NCBI GenBank assembly: GCA_045541975.1
Contig: JAZQKB010000034.1
Coordinates: forward strand, 2,490 to 66,489
DNA length: 64,000 bases
Source of the DNA: Clostridia bacterium
Lineage (GTDB): Bacteria > Bacillota > Clostridia > UMGS1840
Reading direction: 5' to 3'
The position numbers and the translations under genes were made by a program. Below the pieces are notes generated by a model. That model was not told the origin of the DNA, did no database searches, and saw nothing but the letters and a program-made list of their open reading frames with translations. Positions 29,911 to 39,957 of the stretch are shown here, piece after piece. How positions within the stretch are numbered: position 1 is the first letter of the stretch; each line of letters starts with the position of its first letter.

Positions 29911-31827
29911 TTAGCGGGCTTTGGTTTCTGCTTCCACTTTCAGTTCTTTGATAAATTCGTCTAATTTTAAGCTGCCTTTGTCACCGTCTTTTCTGGAACG
30001 AACGGAAACGGTGCCTTCTTCTGCTTCTTTTTCACCAACGATTACCATATAGGGCAGTTTTTCAAGCTGTGCTTCACGGATTTTGTAGCCGATTTTTTCG
30101 CTTCTGTTATCCAGCTCTACTCGAAAACCTGCCATCATCAGTTCGTCAGTTACTTTCTTAGCGTATTCTTCAAAACGTTCAGAAATGGGCAGAACCTTTA
30201 ACTGCACGGGTGCTAACCATAAGGGGAATGCACCTGCATATTTTTCGATTAACAATGCCAAAGTTCTTTCATAGCAACCGATAGAGGTTCTGTGAATGAT
30301 ATAGGGATTTTTCTTGGTGCCATCTGCTGCCACGTATTCCATGCCGAATTTTTCTGCCAGCATCTGGTCAATCTGAATGGTGATTAAGGTGTCTTCCTTA
30401 CCGTGAACATTCTTAATCTGAATGTCTAACTTCGGACCGTAGAAAGCAGCTTCACCAATACCGATTTTGTAGTCTAAGCCAAGGTCATCCAGGATTTCTT
30501 TCATAATGCCCTGAGCTTCGTCCCACTGTTCGGGAGTACCGATATATTTTTCGGTGTCTTCAGGATCCCACTGGGAGAACCGGTAGGAAACATCTTCATA
30601 TAAGCCTAAGGTTTTTAACATATAGTTGGTTAAATCCAGACAGTTTCTAAATTCGTCTGCCAGCTGTTCGGGAGTACACATTAAGTGACCTTCGGAAATG
30701 GTGAACTGACGCACACGGATTAAACCGTGCATTTCGCCGGAGGCTTCGTTACGGAATAAGGTGGAGGTTTCTGCCAGTCTCATAGGCAGGTCTCTGTAGG
30801 AACGGCCACGGTTTAAGAATGCCTGATACTGGAAGGGACAGGTCATGGGACGCAGTGCAAACACTTCGTCGTCGGTTTCTTCGTCTCCCATCACAAACAT
30901 ACCGTCTTTGTAATGATCCCAGTGACCGGAAATTTTATATAAATCACTTTTTGCCATTAAAGGAGTTTTGGTGAGTAACCAGCCACGTTTCTGTTCTTCG
31001 TCTTCTACCCAACGCTGAAGTAGCTGAATCACTCTTGCGCCTTTGGGAAGCATAATGGGTAAGCCCTGACCGATAACATCCACGGTGGTAAAGAGTTCTA
31101 ATTCTCTGCCCAGTTTATTGTGGTCACGTTTTTTTGCTTCTTCCAATCTGGTAACATGTTCTTCTAATTCTTCTCTGGTGGGGAAAGAAATACCGTAGAT
31201 ACGGCGGAGCATTTTGTTCTTTTCATCCCCTCTCCAATATGCACCGGTGATGGATAAGAGCTTATATGCTTTAATGGCACCGGTAAAGGTCAGGTGAGGA
31301 CCTGCACACAGGTCGGTGAAGTCGCCCTGCTCGTAGAAAGACAGTTCACTGTCTTCGGGCAGATCGTTGATCAGTTCCACTTTATAGGGTTCATCTTTCA
31401 CCTTTTCCAAAGCTTCTGCACGGGATAAGGTGTAACGGTTTAAGCGGGTGTTTTTCTTGATGATTTTTTTCATCTGACTTTCGATTTTGGCGAGGTCTTC
31501 ATTGGTGAAGCCGGGATCGTAGTCAAAATCGTAATAAAAACCGTTGTCGGTTGCGGGACCGATTGCCAGCTTTGCATCGGGATATAAAATCTTCACGGCT
31601 TCTGCCAGCACGTGAGAGGTGGTGTGCCAATAGGTTTTCTTACCTTCAGGATCGGAAAAATCAAACAGAGTGATTTCCCCGTTTTCGCTGATTTCTTCGG
31701 ATAAGCCTACCACTTTGCCGTTTACTTCGGCACATAACACGCCTTTTAATACATCGGGATTTTCTGCTTTTACCGCTTCAAACACGGACACGGGAGCAGA
31801 CACGCTTTTTAAATTTACTTTAATCAT
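29911..31827 (-). CDS. thrS: Threonine--tRNA ligase
   Basis: TGS, second-additional, class II core and anticodon-binding domain pattern (HTTSHVLAEAV, FRNEASGEMHGLIRVRQFT). Confidence 0.95.
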   Translation of the reverse strand: MIKVNLKSVSAPVSVFEAVKAENPDVLKGVLCAEVNGKVVGLSEEISENGEITLFDFSDPEGKKTYWHTTSHVLAEAVKILYPDAKLAIGPATDNGFYYDFDYDPGFTNEDLAKIESQMKKIIKKNTRLNRYTLSRAEALEKVKDEPYKVELINDLPEDSELSFYEQGDFTDLCAGPHLTFTGAIKAYKLLSITGAYWRGDEKNKMLRRIYGISFPTREELEEHVTRLEEAKKRDHNKLGRELELFTTVDVIGQGLPIMLPKGARVIQLLQRWVEDEEQKRGWLLTKTPLMAKSDLYKISGHWDHYKDGMFVMGDEETDDEVFALRPMTCPFQYQAFLNRGRSYRDLPMRLAETSTLFRNEASGEMHGLIRVRQFTISEGHLMCTPEQLADEFRNCLDLTNYMLKTLGLYEDVSYRFSQWDPEDTEKYIGTPEQWDEAQGIMKEILDDLGLDYKIGIGEAAFYGPKLDIQIKNVHGKEDTLITIQIDQMLAEKFGMEYVAADGTKKNPYIIHRTSIGCYERTLALLIEKYAGAFPLWLAPVQLKVLPISERFEEYAKKVTDELMMAGFRVELDNRSEKIGYKIREAQLEKLPYMVIVGEKEAEEGTVSVRSRKDGDKGSLKLDEFIKELKVEAETKAR

Positions 31828-31875
31828 TTTTCAAATCTCTTTTCTTTTAAAAATTTTGTAAGCTCGCTGTTGTCG

Positions 31876-32799
31876 TTATATTTTTTTGCCCTGAGGATGT
31901 GCACAGCCAATCAGCTCGTTCACATCCGTAATGCCGTTTTGGTCTAAATAGGTGTTCAATCCGTCAATCACCTTTAAAGGGGTGAAGGGATCTTTAAAGT
32001 TCATAGTGCCAACCGAAACTAAGGTTGCACCTGCTGCCATAAATTCCACAGCATCGTTACCGTTTGCCACACCGCCCATACCGATAATGGGTGCTTTGGT
32101 TTTGGCATAGGTCTGATACACCATACGCACTGCAATGGGTCTTACGCAGGGACCGGAAAGTCCTGCCACGGTGTTATGGAAAATGGGCTTTCTTGTTTTT
32201 AAGTCAATTGCCATACCGGTGACGGTGTTGATTAAGGAAAGGCCGTCTGCCCCTGCATCCATGGCTGCCTGACCAATGGTGGCAATGTCTGTCACATTGG
32301 GGGAAAGTTTGATGCATAAAGGAGTGGAAATTGCCTCCTTCACCATTTTGGTGATTTCAAACACAGTATCGGGATTGGTTCCGAATGCGGCACCGCCCTG
32401 CTTCACGTTGGGGCAGGAAACATTCAGCTCAATGATATCTGCTCCTGCTGCATCCACAATTTTGCAGGCTTCCACATAATCGGAAAAGGTGCTGCCGGAT
32501 ACATTGGCAATAATTCTTAAATCCAGTTCTTTTAACTTTGGCATAATATGTTTTGCAAAATATCTTACGCCGGGGTTCTGAAGTCCAACACTATTCAATA
32601 CCCCCGAAGGGGTTTCCACGATTCTGGGAGCGGGATTGCCCTGTCGTTCGTTTAAGGTTAATCCTTTCACGGTGATACCGCCCAGTTTTTCGATGGGATA
32701 GAGTTCGTTGTATTCCATCCCGAATCCGAAGGTGCCGGAGGCAGTTACCACAGGGTTTTTAAATTCCACACCCAGATAGTTTACTTTTAAGTTTGCCAT
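31876..32799 (-). CDS. pyrD: Dihydroorotate dehydrogenase B, catalytic subunit
   Basis: NPVVTASGTFGFG and GGVANGNDAVEF motifs. Confidence 0.92.
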   Translation of the reverse strand: MANLKVNYLGVEFKNPVVTASGTFGFGMEYNELYPIEKLGGITVKGLTLNERQGNPAPRIVETPSGVLNSVGLQNPGVRYFAKHIMPKLKELDLRIIANVSGSTFSDYVEACKIVDAAGADIIELNVSCPNVKQGGAAFGTNPDTVFEITKMVKEAISTPLCIKLSPNVTDIATIGQAAMDAGADGLSLINTVTGMAIDLKTRKPIFHNTVAGLSGPCVRPIAVRMVYQTYAKTKAPIIGMGGVANGNDAVEFMAAGATLVSVGTMNFKDPFTPLKVIDGLNTYLDQNGITDVNELIGCAHPQGKKI

Positions 32800-33576
32800 T
32801 TAGAGTAATACCTCCCTTGCATTGAATACGGGACCGTCTTTGCAGACATGAAGATGACGGAAGCCCTCTTCGCTATCATCCTCTACCTTGATGTTGCAGC
32901 AAAGGCAAGCGCCGATACCGCAACCCATCCGTTCTTCCATGGAAATCTGGCAATGGATGTTATATTTATCGGTAATTTCTTTTAAAGCTTTGAGCATGGG
33001 TAAGGGACCGCAGGCATATACCGCCTCGTAGGCACCGCTCTCCAGCTTTTCTTTCACTGCCTGCAGAGCGTTTCCGTGAAATCCGTAGGAACCGTCGTCT
33101 GTAGCGATGTATAAATTGTTGCAATGACTTTTAAATTCGTCTTCCAAAGTCACCAAGTCTTTGGTACGAAAGCCTAATGCCACATCGCAGGTTCCCACCT
33201 GTTTTGCCAACTGGAACAAGGGATAAACCCCGATGCCTCCGCCTAAAATTAAGGCTTTTTCTTTGCGAATGGTAAAGCCGTTACCCAAAGGACCTAAAAT
33301 ATCTAAGGAATCCCCAACCTGCTTTTCGGAAAGCTTTTGGGTGCCTTTTCCTCGAACATCGAAAATAAAGCGGATGCCCGTGTCGGTCACTTCGCAGATA
33401 CTGATAGGGCGACGAAGCACAAATTCATCACCGCAATCAATATGCACAAACTGTCCGCAACGGGATGTTTTTGCCAGATATTCGTCCTCCACGGTCACAT
33501 CAAAAATGGAACCGCAAAGGTTGGTTTTCTTGATAATTTTTGCTGTTGTAACCTGATATTTTTTTGTTTCTTCCAT
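32800..33576 (-). CDS. pyrK: Dihydroorotate dehydrogenase B, electron-transfer subunit
   Basis: FAD/NAD-binding pattern and a C-terminal 2Fe-2S motif CGIGACLCC. Confidence 0.9.
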   Translation of the reverse strand: MEETKKYQVTTAKIIKKTNLCGSIFDVTVEDEYLAKTSRCGQFVHIDCGDEFVLRRPISICEVTDTGIRFIFDVRGKGTQKLSEKQVGDSLDILGPLGNGFTIRKEKALILGGGIGVYPLFQLAKQVGTCDVALGFRTKDLVTLEDEFKSHCNNLYIATDDGSYGFHGNALQAVKEKLESGAYEAVYACGPLPMLKALKEITDKYNIHCQISMEERMGCGIGACLCCNIKVEDDSEEGFRHLHVCKDGPVFNAREVLL

Positions 33577-33607
33577 ATTCTAAAACCTCACAATCTTCTG
33601 CCCCAAA

Positions 33608-34516
33608 TTAAATGGCAGAGGTGATATCTTCTTTCATACGGATGGCTTCTTTTCTTGCAAATTCTGCGAATGCTTCGCCGGGAGCGCCTGCTTTCTGATA
33701 TGCACACATAATGCCACGGCTGGAATTTACCACAGCTCCCATACCGTCTTTGTCAAACAGATGAGCAATATCTTTTGCGGTGCCACCCTGAGCGCCGTAA
33801 CCGGGTACTAAGAACACGGTTTTTGGCATAATGGCACGAAGTTTTTTAGACTGCTCGGGATAGGTTGCCCCCACAACGGCACCCACGGAGGAGTAGCCTA
33901 AATCGTTGATGGTGGATTCGCCCCATTTGTTTACCATTTTGGCAACTTTTACATAGATTTCTTCGCCGTCCAACACAAGATCCTGCAGTTCTCCGCTGGA
34001 GGGGTTGGAGGTTTTTACCAACACGAAGATGCCTTTATCAAATTCTTCACAGCGTTTTACAAAGGGCAGAATGCCGTCACTTCCCAAATAGGGGTTCACA
34101 GTTAAAGAATCGGGCTGAAAAGCTCGTTCTTTAGCACCGAACAATGCGGTTTCTCCCAGATATGCAGTGGCATAAGCATCAGAGGTGGAACCGATATCGT
34201 TTCGTTTGCCGTCTGCAATCACATAAAAGCCTTTTTCTTTCGCATATTTAATAGTTTCGTAATAAGCACGGATTCCTTCCAGACCGTACATTTCGTAGTA
34301 AGCAGACTGAGGTTTCACCGCAGGCACAATGTCGCATAACGCATCCATTAAGCCTTTGTTAAATTCCAAAATTGCTTCGGCAGCAGCTTTGAAGGTTTTG
34401 CCGTGTTCTTTTTCCGCTTTTTCTAAAATGTAGGTGGGGATATAGGATAACACCGGGTCTAAACCTGCCACAGTGGGGTTATTCATTTGTTTGATTTTTG
34501 TTAACAGTTCTTTCAT
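33608..34516 (-). CDS. pyrF: Orotidine 5'-phosphate decarboxylase (type 2)
   Basis: VAGLDP ... ADGKRNDIGST motifs. Start moved to ATG 34516 (MKELL) behind GAAAGGAAG. Confidence 0.9.
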   Translation of the reverse strand: MKELLTKIKQMNNPTVAGLDPVLSYIPTYILEKAEKEHGKTFKAAAEAILEFNKGLMDALCDIVPAVKPQSAYYEMYGLEGIRAYYETIKYAKEKGFYVIADGKRNDIGSTSDAYATAYLGETALFGAKERAFQPDSLTVNPYLGSDGILPFVKRCEEFDKGIFVLVKTSNPSSGELQDLVLDGEEIYVKVAKMVNKWGESTINDLGYSSVGAVVGATYPEQSKKLRAIMPKTVFLVPGYGAQGGTAKDIAHLFDKDGMGAVVNSSRGIMCAYQKAGAPGEAFAEFARKEAIRMKEDITSAI

Positions 34517-34580
34517 AAGGAACTTCCTTTCTCTTATGATGTTTGCAAAAATTTTCGCAGACATTCTTATCGCTATCTTC

Positions 34581-35852
34581 TTAAGATAATTTCAACTGAC
34601 CATCAGTGATTACAAGTTTCACTCTACCCGTCAGTTCTTTGCCGTAGTAGGGAGAGTTTTTGCTTTTGGACACAGTATTTTCGGGAGTGGGTACCCAGGT
34701 TTCGTCTAAATCACAAACGGTGATATTAGCGGTTGCGCCGACTTTAATTTCGGCAGGAGTAATATTTAAAATTCTGCAGGGGGTGTCTGCCATTAATTTG
34801 GCAAGTCCCGGCAGGGTGATTTTTCCGGTTTTGTAAAGATAAGTGCATCCCACCGCAAAGGAGGTTTCTAATCCGATGATGCCATTTAAAGCATGGTCAA
34901 ATTCAATTTTCTTTTCGTCAAAGTGATGGGGTGCATGGTCGGTTGCGATAGCGTCAATGGTACCGTCCGTTAAGCCTTCAATGATGGCTGCCACATCAAA
35001 GTCCTCTCTTAAGGGAGGATTCATTTTGGCATGGGTATCGTAGCCTTCGCAGGCTTTGTCTGTCAAGGAGAAGTAGTGGGGGCAGGTGTCACAAGTGACT
35101 TTTACCCCTTCTTTTTTCGCATTGCGGATCAGCTCAACGCTTCCCTTGGTGCTGATATGGGTGATATGAACAGGCACCTGATAGCTTTTTGCCAAAATCA
35201 CTTCTCTGGCAATGGCAGCCTCCTCTGCTGCACGGGTGATGCCACGGAGTCCCAGACGGTCTGCAGTAGCACCTTCATTCATCACGCCGCCGTTTACTAA
35301 AGACAAGTCTTCCGAGTGGCAAACCACGGGCATACCTGCCATATCGGCATAACGGAGTGCCTGACGCATGGTGTTGGAATCGGAGACCGGTTTTCCGTCA
35401 TCAGAAACGGCAACGGCACCGTGTGCCTTTAATTCCATCATTTCGGTTAATTCTTTGCCTTCTAATCCTTTGGTGATTGCCGCTACGGGAAACACCTTAG
35501 CATAGCCAAACTTGTTGGCTTTGTTGATAATATATTCCACCACGGGTACACTGTCGGTCACGGGGTTGGTGTTAGGCATTGCCGCTACTCCCCAGAAACC
35601 GCCGTGCATCGCTGCTTTGGTGCCGGTTTCAATGTCTTCTTTGTAGGTAAAGCCAGGGTCTCTCATATGGGTATGCATATCGAAGAAAGAGGGAAATGCA
35701 GTTTTACCGGTGCAATCAATCACCCGGTCCGCATTGTCAGTAAGGTTTGCACCGATTTTGGAAATCACGCCGTCTGCAATCAGGATGTCCTGCGCTTCGG
35801 CTACGGATTCCACAGTAACAACGGTAAGATTTTTTAATAAAATAGTCATCAT
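34581..35852 (-). CDS. pyrC: Dihydroorotase
   Basis: DMHTHMRDPG and ATDHAPH motifs. Confidence 0.92.
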   Translation of the reverse strand: MMTILLKNLTVVTVESVAEAQDILIADGVISKIGANLTDNADRVIDCTGKTAFPSFFDMHTHMRDPGFTYKEDIETGTKAAMHGGFWGVAAMPNTNPVTDSVPVVEYIINKANKFGYAKVFPVAAITKGLEGKELTEMMELKAHGAVAVSDDGKPVSDSNTMRQALRYADMAGMPVVCHSEDLSLVNGGVMNEGATADRLGLRGITRAAEEAAIAREVILAKSYQVPVHITHISTKGSVELIRNAKKEGVKVTCDTCPHYFSLTDKACEGYDTHAKMNPPLREDFDVAAIIEGLTDGTIDAIATDHAPHHFDEKKIEFDHALNGIIGLETSFAVGCTYLYKTGKITLPGLAKLMADTPCRILNITPAEIKVGATANITVCDLDETWVPTPENTVSKSKNSPYYGKELTGRVKLVITDGQLKLS

Positions 35853-35863
35853 TCATTCCTCCT

Positions 35864-36781
35864 CTATGCACGGTTCACGAAGGTATCCAGCACTGCCATA
35901 CGGATTGCCACCCCGTTGGTTACCTGCTCGTCAATCACAGATTTGTCGGGAGCATACAGTGCCGACTGCAATTCCAGACCGCGGTTTACCGGACCGGGAT
36001 GCATAATGATGGCACCTTCTTTGGCAAGCTTCATCCGTTCTTCGTTGACGCCAAAGTATTTGGAATACTCGTATCCGGAGGGGAAGAAACAGTTTTTCTG
36101 ACGTTCCAGCTGAAGTCTTAAGGGCATTACCACATCGGCATCTTTGATGGCCTTGTCCACATCGGTATACAGTTTCACGCCTAAACTTTCCAAATCGTTG
36201 GGAAGCAGGGTTCTGGGACCCGCCATGACCACTTCGGCTCCCAATTTCAAAAGGCCGTAGGTATCGCTTCGTGCCACACGGCTATGGTAAATGTCACCAA
36301 TGATGGCAATTTTTTTGCCTTCTACAGTGCCCATTTTTTCATACATGGTGAAAAAGTCTAAAAGTGCCTGGGTGGGATGCTCGTTCATCCCGTCACCGGC
36401 GTTGATGACAGTGGCGTCCACATTTTTAGCTACCAGATGGGGAGCACCTGCATTTTCATGACGGATAATGAAGCAGTCCGTTCCCATCACGTTCAGAGTT
36501 CGGGTGGTGTCGATTAAGGTTTCGCCTTTTTGCACAGAGCTGGAGGATACTGCCATATTGGAGGCCATAGCGCCCAGATATTTTGCTGCCAGCTCAAAGG
36601 AAGTTCGGGTTCGGGTGCTGTTTTCGTAAAACAGAGTCATCACCGATTTTCCTGTCAGGTTGGTGGCTTTTTTGCAATCGGAGAAAATGATTTTCTTCAT
36701 GCCCTCCGCTTTTTTCAAGATATAGTGGATTTGATCGGCATCCAGATTCTTGATGCCAAGCAAGTCTTTTTCAAATTTCAT
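35864..36781 (-). CDS. pyrB: Aspartate carbamoyltransferase catalytic subunit
   Basis: STRTRTSFE and HPTQALLD motifs. Start moved to ATG 36781 (MKFEKDLLGIKNL), the usual family N-terminus. Confidence 0.9.
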   Translation of the reverse strand: MKFEKDLLGIKNLDADQIHYILKKAEGMKKIIFSDCKKATNLTGKSVMTLFYENSTRTRTSFELAAKYLGAMASNMAVSSSSVQKGETLIDTTRTLNVMGTDCFIIRHENAGAPHLVAKNVDATVINAGDGMNEHPTQALLDFFTMYEKMGTVEGKKIAIIGDIYHSRVARSDTYGLLKLGAEVVMAGPRTLLPNDLESLGVKLYTDVDKAIKDADVVMPLRLQLERQKNCFFPSGYEYSKYFGVNEERMKLAKEGAIIMHPGPVNRGLELQSALYAPDKSVIDEQVTNGVAIRMAVLDTFVNRA

Positions 36782-36947
36782 AGTCCTTACATTCGACTCC
36801 TTCCCGCCAATGTTCATGAAAACATTTCTAAAAAAATACAAAATTACACTTATATAGTATAGCACAAAGATTTTTGTTTGTCTATAGTTTTAGCCTATTT
36901 TTTTCGTGTTTTTTGTGGGTTTTTCGCCCTCTTTTCCCTGTTTCAAA

Positions 36948-36976
36948 TTGACAAATCTTCCCGGGTGTGCTAAAAT
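36948..36976 (+). promoter_or_regulatory. Sigma-A-type promoter
   Basis: TTGACA - 17 nt - TAAAAT, about 35 nt upstream of the 37010 gene. Confidence 0.55.
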
Positions 36977-37009
36977 GGAAGAATCCTTGAGAACAAAGAG
37001 GAATTTTTT

Positions 37010-38197
37010 ATGAATATTTATCAGTCGCTGTCGGAAAAATTGCAGGAAAAAATCCGCCACGATTTTCAAGACAGCTATATCTTACAAAACACAGCAATCC
37101 GTCGGGATCAAAGCCACGATCAACCCTCCATCTGGAGAAGCTGTTATCTGCGGGATGTGGAGAAAATCATGCACTCTCCCTACTATAACCGTTATACCGA
37201 CAAAACCCAGGTGTTTGCCTTCTATAAAAACGACGATATCAGCCGCCGCGCCTTTCATGTGCAATTGGTGTCCCGCATTGCCCGAAATATTGGCAGAATG
37301 TTGGGATTAAACTTAGATTTAATCGAAGCCATTGCATTGGGACATGACATTGGCCATACCCCCTTCGGTCATGCAGGAGAAAGCTTTTTAAATGCCCTTT
37401 CTTTAGAGCATACGGGAAGACAGTTTCACCACAATGTGCATAGCGTCCGTGTGTTAGACGGAATTTTCCGTCACAATATTTCCCTACAGACCTTAGACGG
37501 CATCCTTTGTCATAACGGTGAAATGGAGCAAAAAGAATACCACACCTCCCCGTTGAATAGTTTTTCGGAATTTGATGAAAAAGTGGAAACCTGTTACGTA
37601 AAAGACGGAGCGGTGAAAAAATTAATTCCCTCCACCAAAGAAGGCTGTGTGGTAAAAATCTGCGATTTAATTGCTTATTTGGGCAAAGACCGTCAAGATG
37701 CATTAAAGACCGACACACTCTCCTCGGAAGAACTGTTTTCCGAAACTTCCTTAGGCAAATATAACGCTGTGATTATCAATAATTTATGCGTAAATATTAT
37801 TGAAAAAAGCTACGGAAAAGACTGTATTTTGATGGACGAAGAATCCTTTTTGGCACTTTCTAAAATCAAGGAAGAAAACTACCGTTTCATTTACGGAAGC
37901 AAACGGGTGAAAGAAATCGAAGAATTGCTTCGCCCCATGTTTTTTGAAGTATACAAAAAACTGCGAAAAGACCTTACTGAAAACCGCACAGAATCTCCCA
38001 TTTTCAGCCATCACTTAGATTTTGTGGCGGAACACGGAAAACATTACCGCCAGAACAATTATCGGGAGGAAACTTCCGTTGACCAAACGGTCATCGACTA
38101 TATTGCAAGTATGACGGATGACTATTTTATCGAGCTGTATGAACATCTGTTCCCCGATAAAAAATCGCCGTTAAGTTACACCCCTTACTTTAGTTAA
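37010..38197 (+). CDS. HD-domain dNTP triphosphohydrolase (dGTPase-like)
   Basis: FHVQLVSRIARNIG ... GHDIGHTPFGHAGE HD motif. Family length is about 400 aa. Confidence 0.8.
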   Translation: MNIYQSLSEKLQEKIRHDFQDSYILQNTAIRRDQSHDQPSIWRSCYLRDVEKIMHSPYYNRYTDKTQVFAFYKNDDISRRAFHVQLVSRIARNIGRMLGLNLDLIEAIALGHDIGHTPFGHAGESFLNALSLEHTGRQFHHNVHSVRVLDGIFRHNISLQTLDGILCHNGEMEQKEYHTSPLNSFSEFDEKVETCYVKDGAVKKLIPSTKEGCVVKICDLIAYLGKDRQDALKTDTLSSEELFSETSLGKYNAVIINNLCVNIIEKSYGKDCILMDEESFLALSKIKEENYRFIYGSKRVKEIEELLRPMFFEVYKKLRKDLTENRTESPIFSHHLDFVAEHGKHYRQNNYREETSVDQTVIDYIASMTDDYFIELYEHLFPDKKSPLSYTPYFS

Positions 38198-38213
38198 GAA
38201 AGGATCAAAAGAA

Positions 38214-39005
38214 ATGAAAATTGGATTTATCGGTACCGGCAATATGGGCGGTGCCATGATCGACGGTATTTTAGCATCGGGAATTGTTGTTGCATCCGAC
38301 ATGTATGTAAGCGATATTTCCGAAACTCAATTGGAAAAATACAAAGAAAGAGGCATCCATACCTCCACGGATAACAAAGTAACCGCAAAACATGCCGACT
38401 ATATTTTCTTAACCGTGAAACCTCAGTTTTATGAAGCGGTGCTGGAAGACTTGACTGAATTTCCCCAGAAAATATATATCACCGTGGCTCCCGGTATCAC
38501 CACAAATTTTCTTAGAAAAATGCTTGCCGACACTACCAAAGTGGTAAGAACCATGCCCAACACTCCCGCTCTGGTGGGAGAAGGGGTAACGGCAGTTTGC
38601 AGAGGTGATTACGTAACCGACGAAGAATACGAAACGGTGAAAAAGCTGATTACAGCATTCTCGGAAATTCACGAATTGCCGGAAGATAAAATGGACGCCA
38701 TTATTTCAGTTTCCGGCTCTTCTCCCGCCTACGTTTATATGATGATTGACGCCATGGCAAAATCGGGTGAACGCCAAGGAATCCCTTACGAAACTGCTCT
38801 GCGGATGGCAGGAAAAACCGTGTTAGGTGCAGCCAAGCTGCTGCTTTCTTCCGATGAACCTGCTGACGTACTGGTAGACCGTGTCTGCTCCAAAGGAGGC
38901 ACCACTATTGAAGCGGTGAATCACTTAAAAGAGCACGATTTTTACCGATTGATTGACGATGCTATGGCAGAATGTACCCGCCGTGCATTGGAACTAAAAA
39001 AGTAG
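38214..39005 (+). CDS. proC: Pyrroline-5-carboxylate reductase
   Basis: GFIGTGNMGGAM Rossmann motif and a C-terminal SKGGTT motif. Confidence 0.92.
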   Translation: MKIGFIGTGNMGGAMIDGILASGIVVASDMYVSDISETQLEKYKERGIHTSTDNKVTAKHADYIFLTVKPQFYEAVLEDLTEFPQKIYITVAPGITTNFLRKMLADTTKVVRTMPNTPALVGEGVTAVCRGDYVTDEEYETVKKLITAFSEIHELPEDKMDAIISVSGSSPAYVYMMIDAMAKSGERQGIPYETALRMAGKTVLGAAKLLLSSDEPADVLVDRVCSKGGTTIEAVNHLKEHDFYRLIDDAMAECTRRALELKK

Positions 39006-39055
39006 GAAAGGATGACTCTTTTTTGGACAGCAAAGAAATCATCTACGAAGAGCTG

Positions 39056-39676
39056 ATGAATCGGATGGAGAAAAACATCTGCCCCATCTGCGACTTTGTA
39101 GAATTCCGCTTGGCAGAAGCTCTTGAGCGTTTTTTATATGAAGGAATCAACACCCCTCACACCCGTGCAAAAATAGAATGGACCAACGGCTTTTGCAATT
39201 TTCATGCCCATCGTTTACTGCAATTGGGAGACCCCCTTTCCCATGCAATTTTATATCACGATTTTATGAATAATGTGATGAAGGATGTGCCCGACAAAAA
39301 ATCCAAAACCGACCGCAGTGACCACAAAGAATGTTTCTTCTGCAAGATTCAAAGATCCAACGAGGAAGATTACACCAAAGCCTTTTTGGAATTTTATCAG
39401 AACAGCGAGTTTTCTTCCCGTTATGAAACTGGAGCAGCCATGCTGTGTGTTCCTCATTTGGTAAGTATTCAGAAAATTCGTTTTGCAAACAAGAAAACGG
39501 TTGGTCGCATTGTGGATGCCACTATGGAAAAATATCAACAATTAAATCACCACCTCTTTGAAATCAAACGAAAAAGTGATTATCGCAACACTCACGAAAA
39601 ATGGACAGAGGAAGAAAAAACTGCCTGGAAAAAAGCAGTGGAAATTTTCAACGCTTATCCCGGAATCCATCAATAG
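39056..39676 (+). CDS. Cys/His-rich protein of unknown function
   Basis: CPICD...CNFHAH and CFFC...CVPH motif pairs suggest two zinc sites. The start is uncertain: ATG 39056, or TTG 39023 behind AGGAAAGGA. The track start 38972 overlaps proC. Confidence 0.6.
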   Translation: MNRMEKNICPICDFVEFRLAEALERFLYEGINTPHTRAKIEWTNGFCNFHAHRLLQLGDPLSHAILYHDFMNNVMKDVPDKKSKTDRSDHKECFFCKIQRSNEEDYTKAFLEFYQNSEFSSRYETGAAMLCVPHLVSIQKIRFANKKTVGRIVDATMEKYQQLNHHLFEIKRKSDYRNTHEKWTEEEKTAWKKAVEIFNAYPGIHQ

Positions 39677-39840
39677 CACGCTCGTTTTCAAGGTCGAATG
39701 TCCATGTACGACGGACGCCTCATTAGGTTTTCCTTAGCATTTTGTTACGATTTGCGACAAAAATGCACCTGCATTTTGTACAAAAATTACAATTTTTTCG
39801 TCAAAATGTCCACCAATTTGCCGAAAATGACAAAAACGTA

Positions 39841-39869
39841 TTTACAAACGGGAAAATATGTTGTATAAT
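39841..39869 (+). promoter_or_regulatory. Sigma-A-type promoter of spoVG
   Basis: TTTACA - 17 nt - TATAAT. Confidence 0.55.
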
Positions 39870-39900
39870 GAGGTCGTTAAAAATTGAAGGAGGGGTAATA

Positions 39901-39951
39901 TTGGCAGACATTGTCTGTCTTATCAATGTCTGTTTATATTACAAACGGTGA
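39901..39951 (+). CDS. Candidate 16-codon upstream ORF (MADIVCLINVCLYYKR) coupled to spoVG
   Basis: GAAGGAGGGG ends 5 nt before TTG 39901. The stop TGA is 6 nt before the spoVG ATG. The ORF spans a 9-bp hairpin cagacattg/caatgtctg. Confidence 0.3.
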   Translation: MADIVCLINVCLYYKR

Positions 39952-39957
39952 AATCTT

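Noticed and set aside
36782-36947. Search for a PyrR-binding attenuator upstream of pyrB
   Set aside because: Only a promoter-like TAGACA-17-TATACT and a short leader are present. There is no anti-terminator/terminator pair and no recognisable PyrR binding loop.
37010-38197. HD-domain dGTPase as a possible anti-phage nucleotide-depletion defence gene
   Set aside because: It lies between the pyr operon and proC with its own housekeeping-type promoter and no neighbouring defence or mobile genes. It looks like the ordinary Firmicute dNTP triphosphohydrolase.
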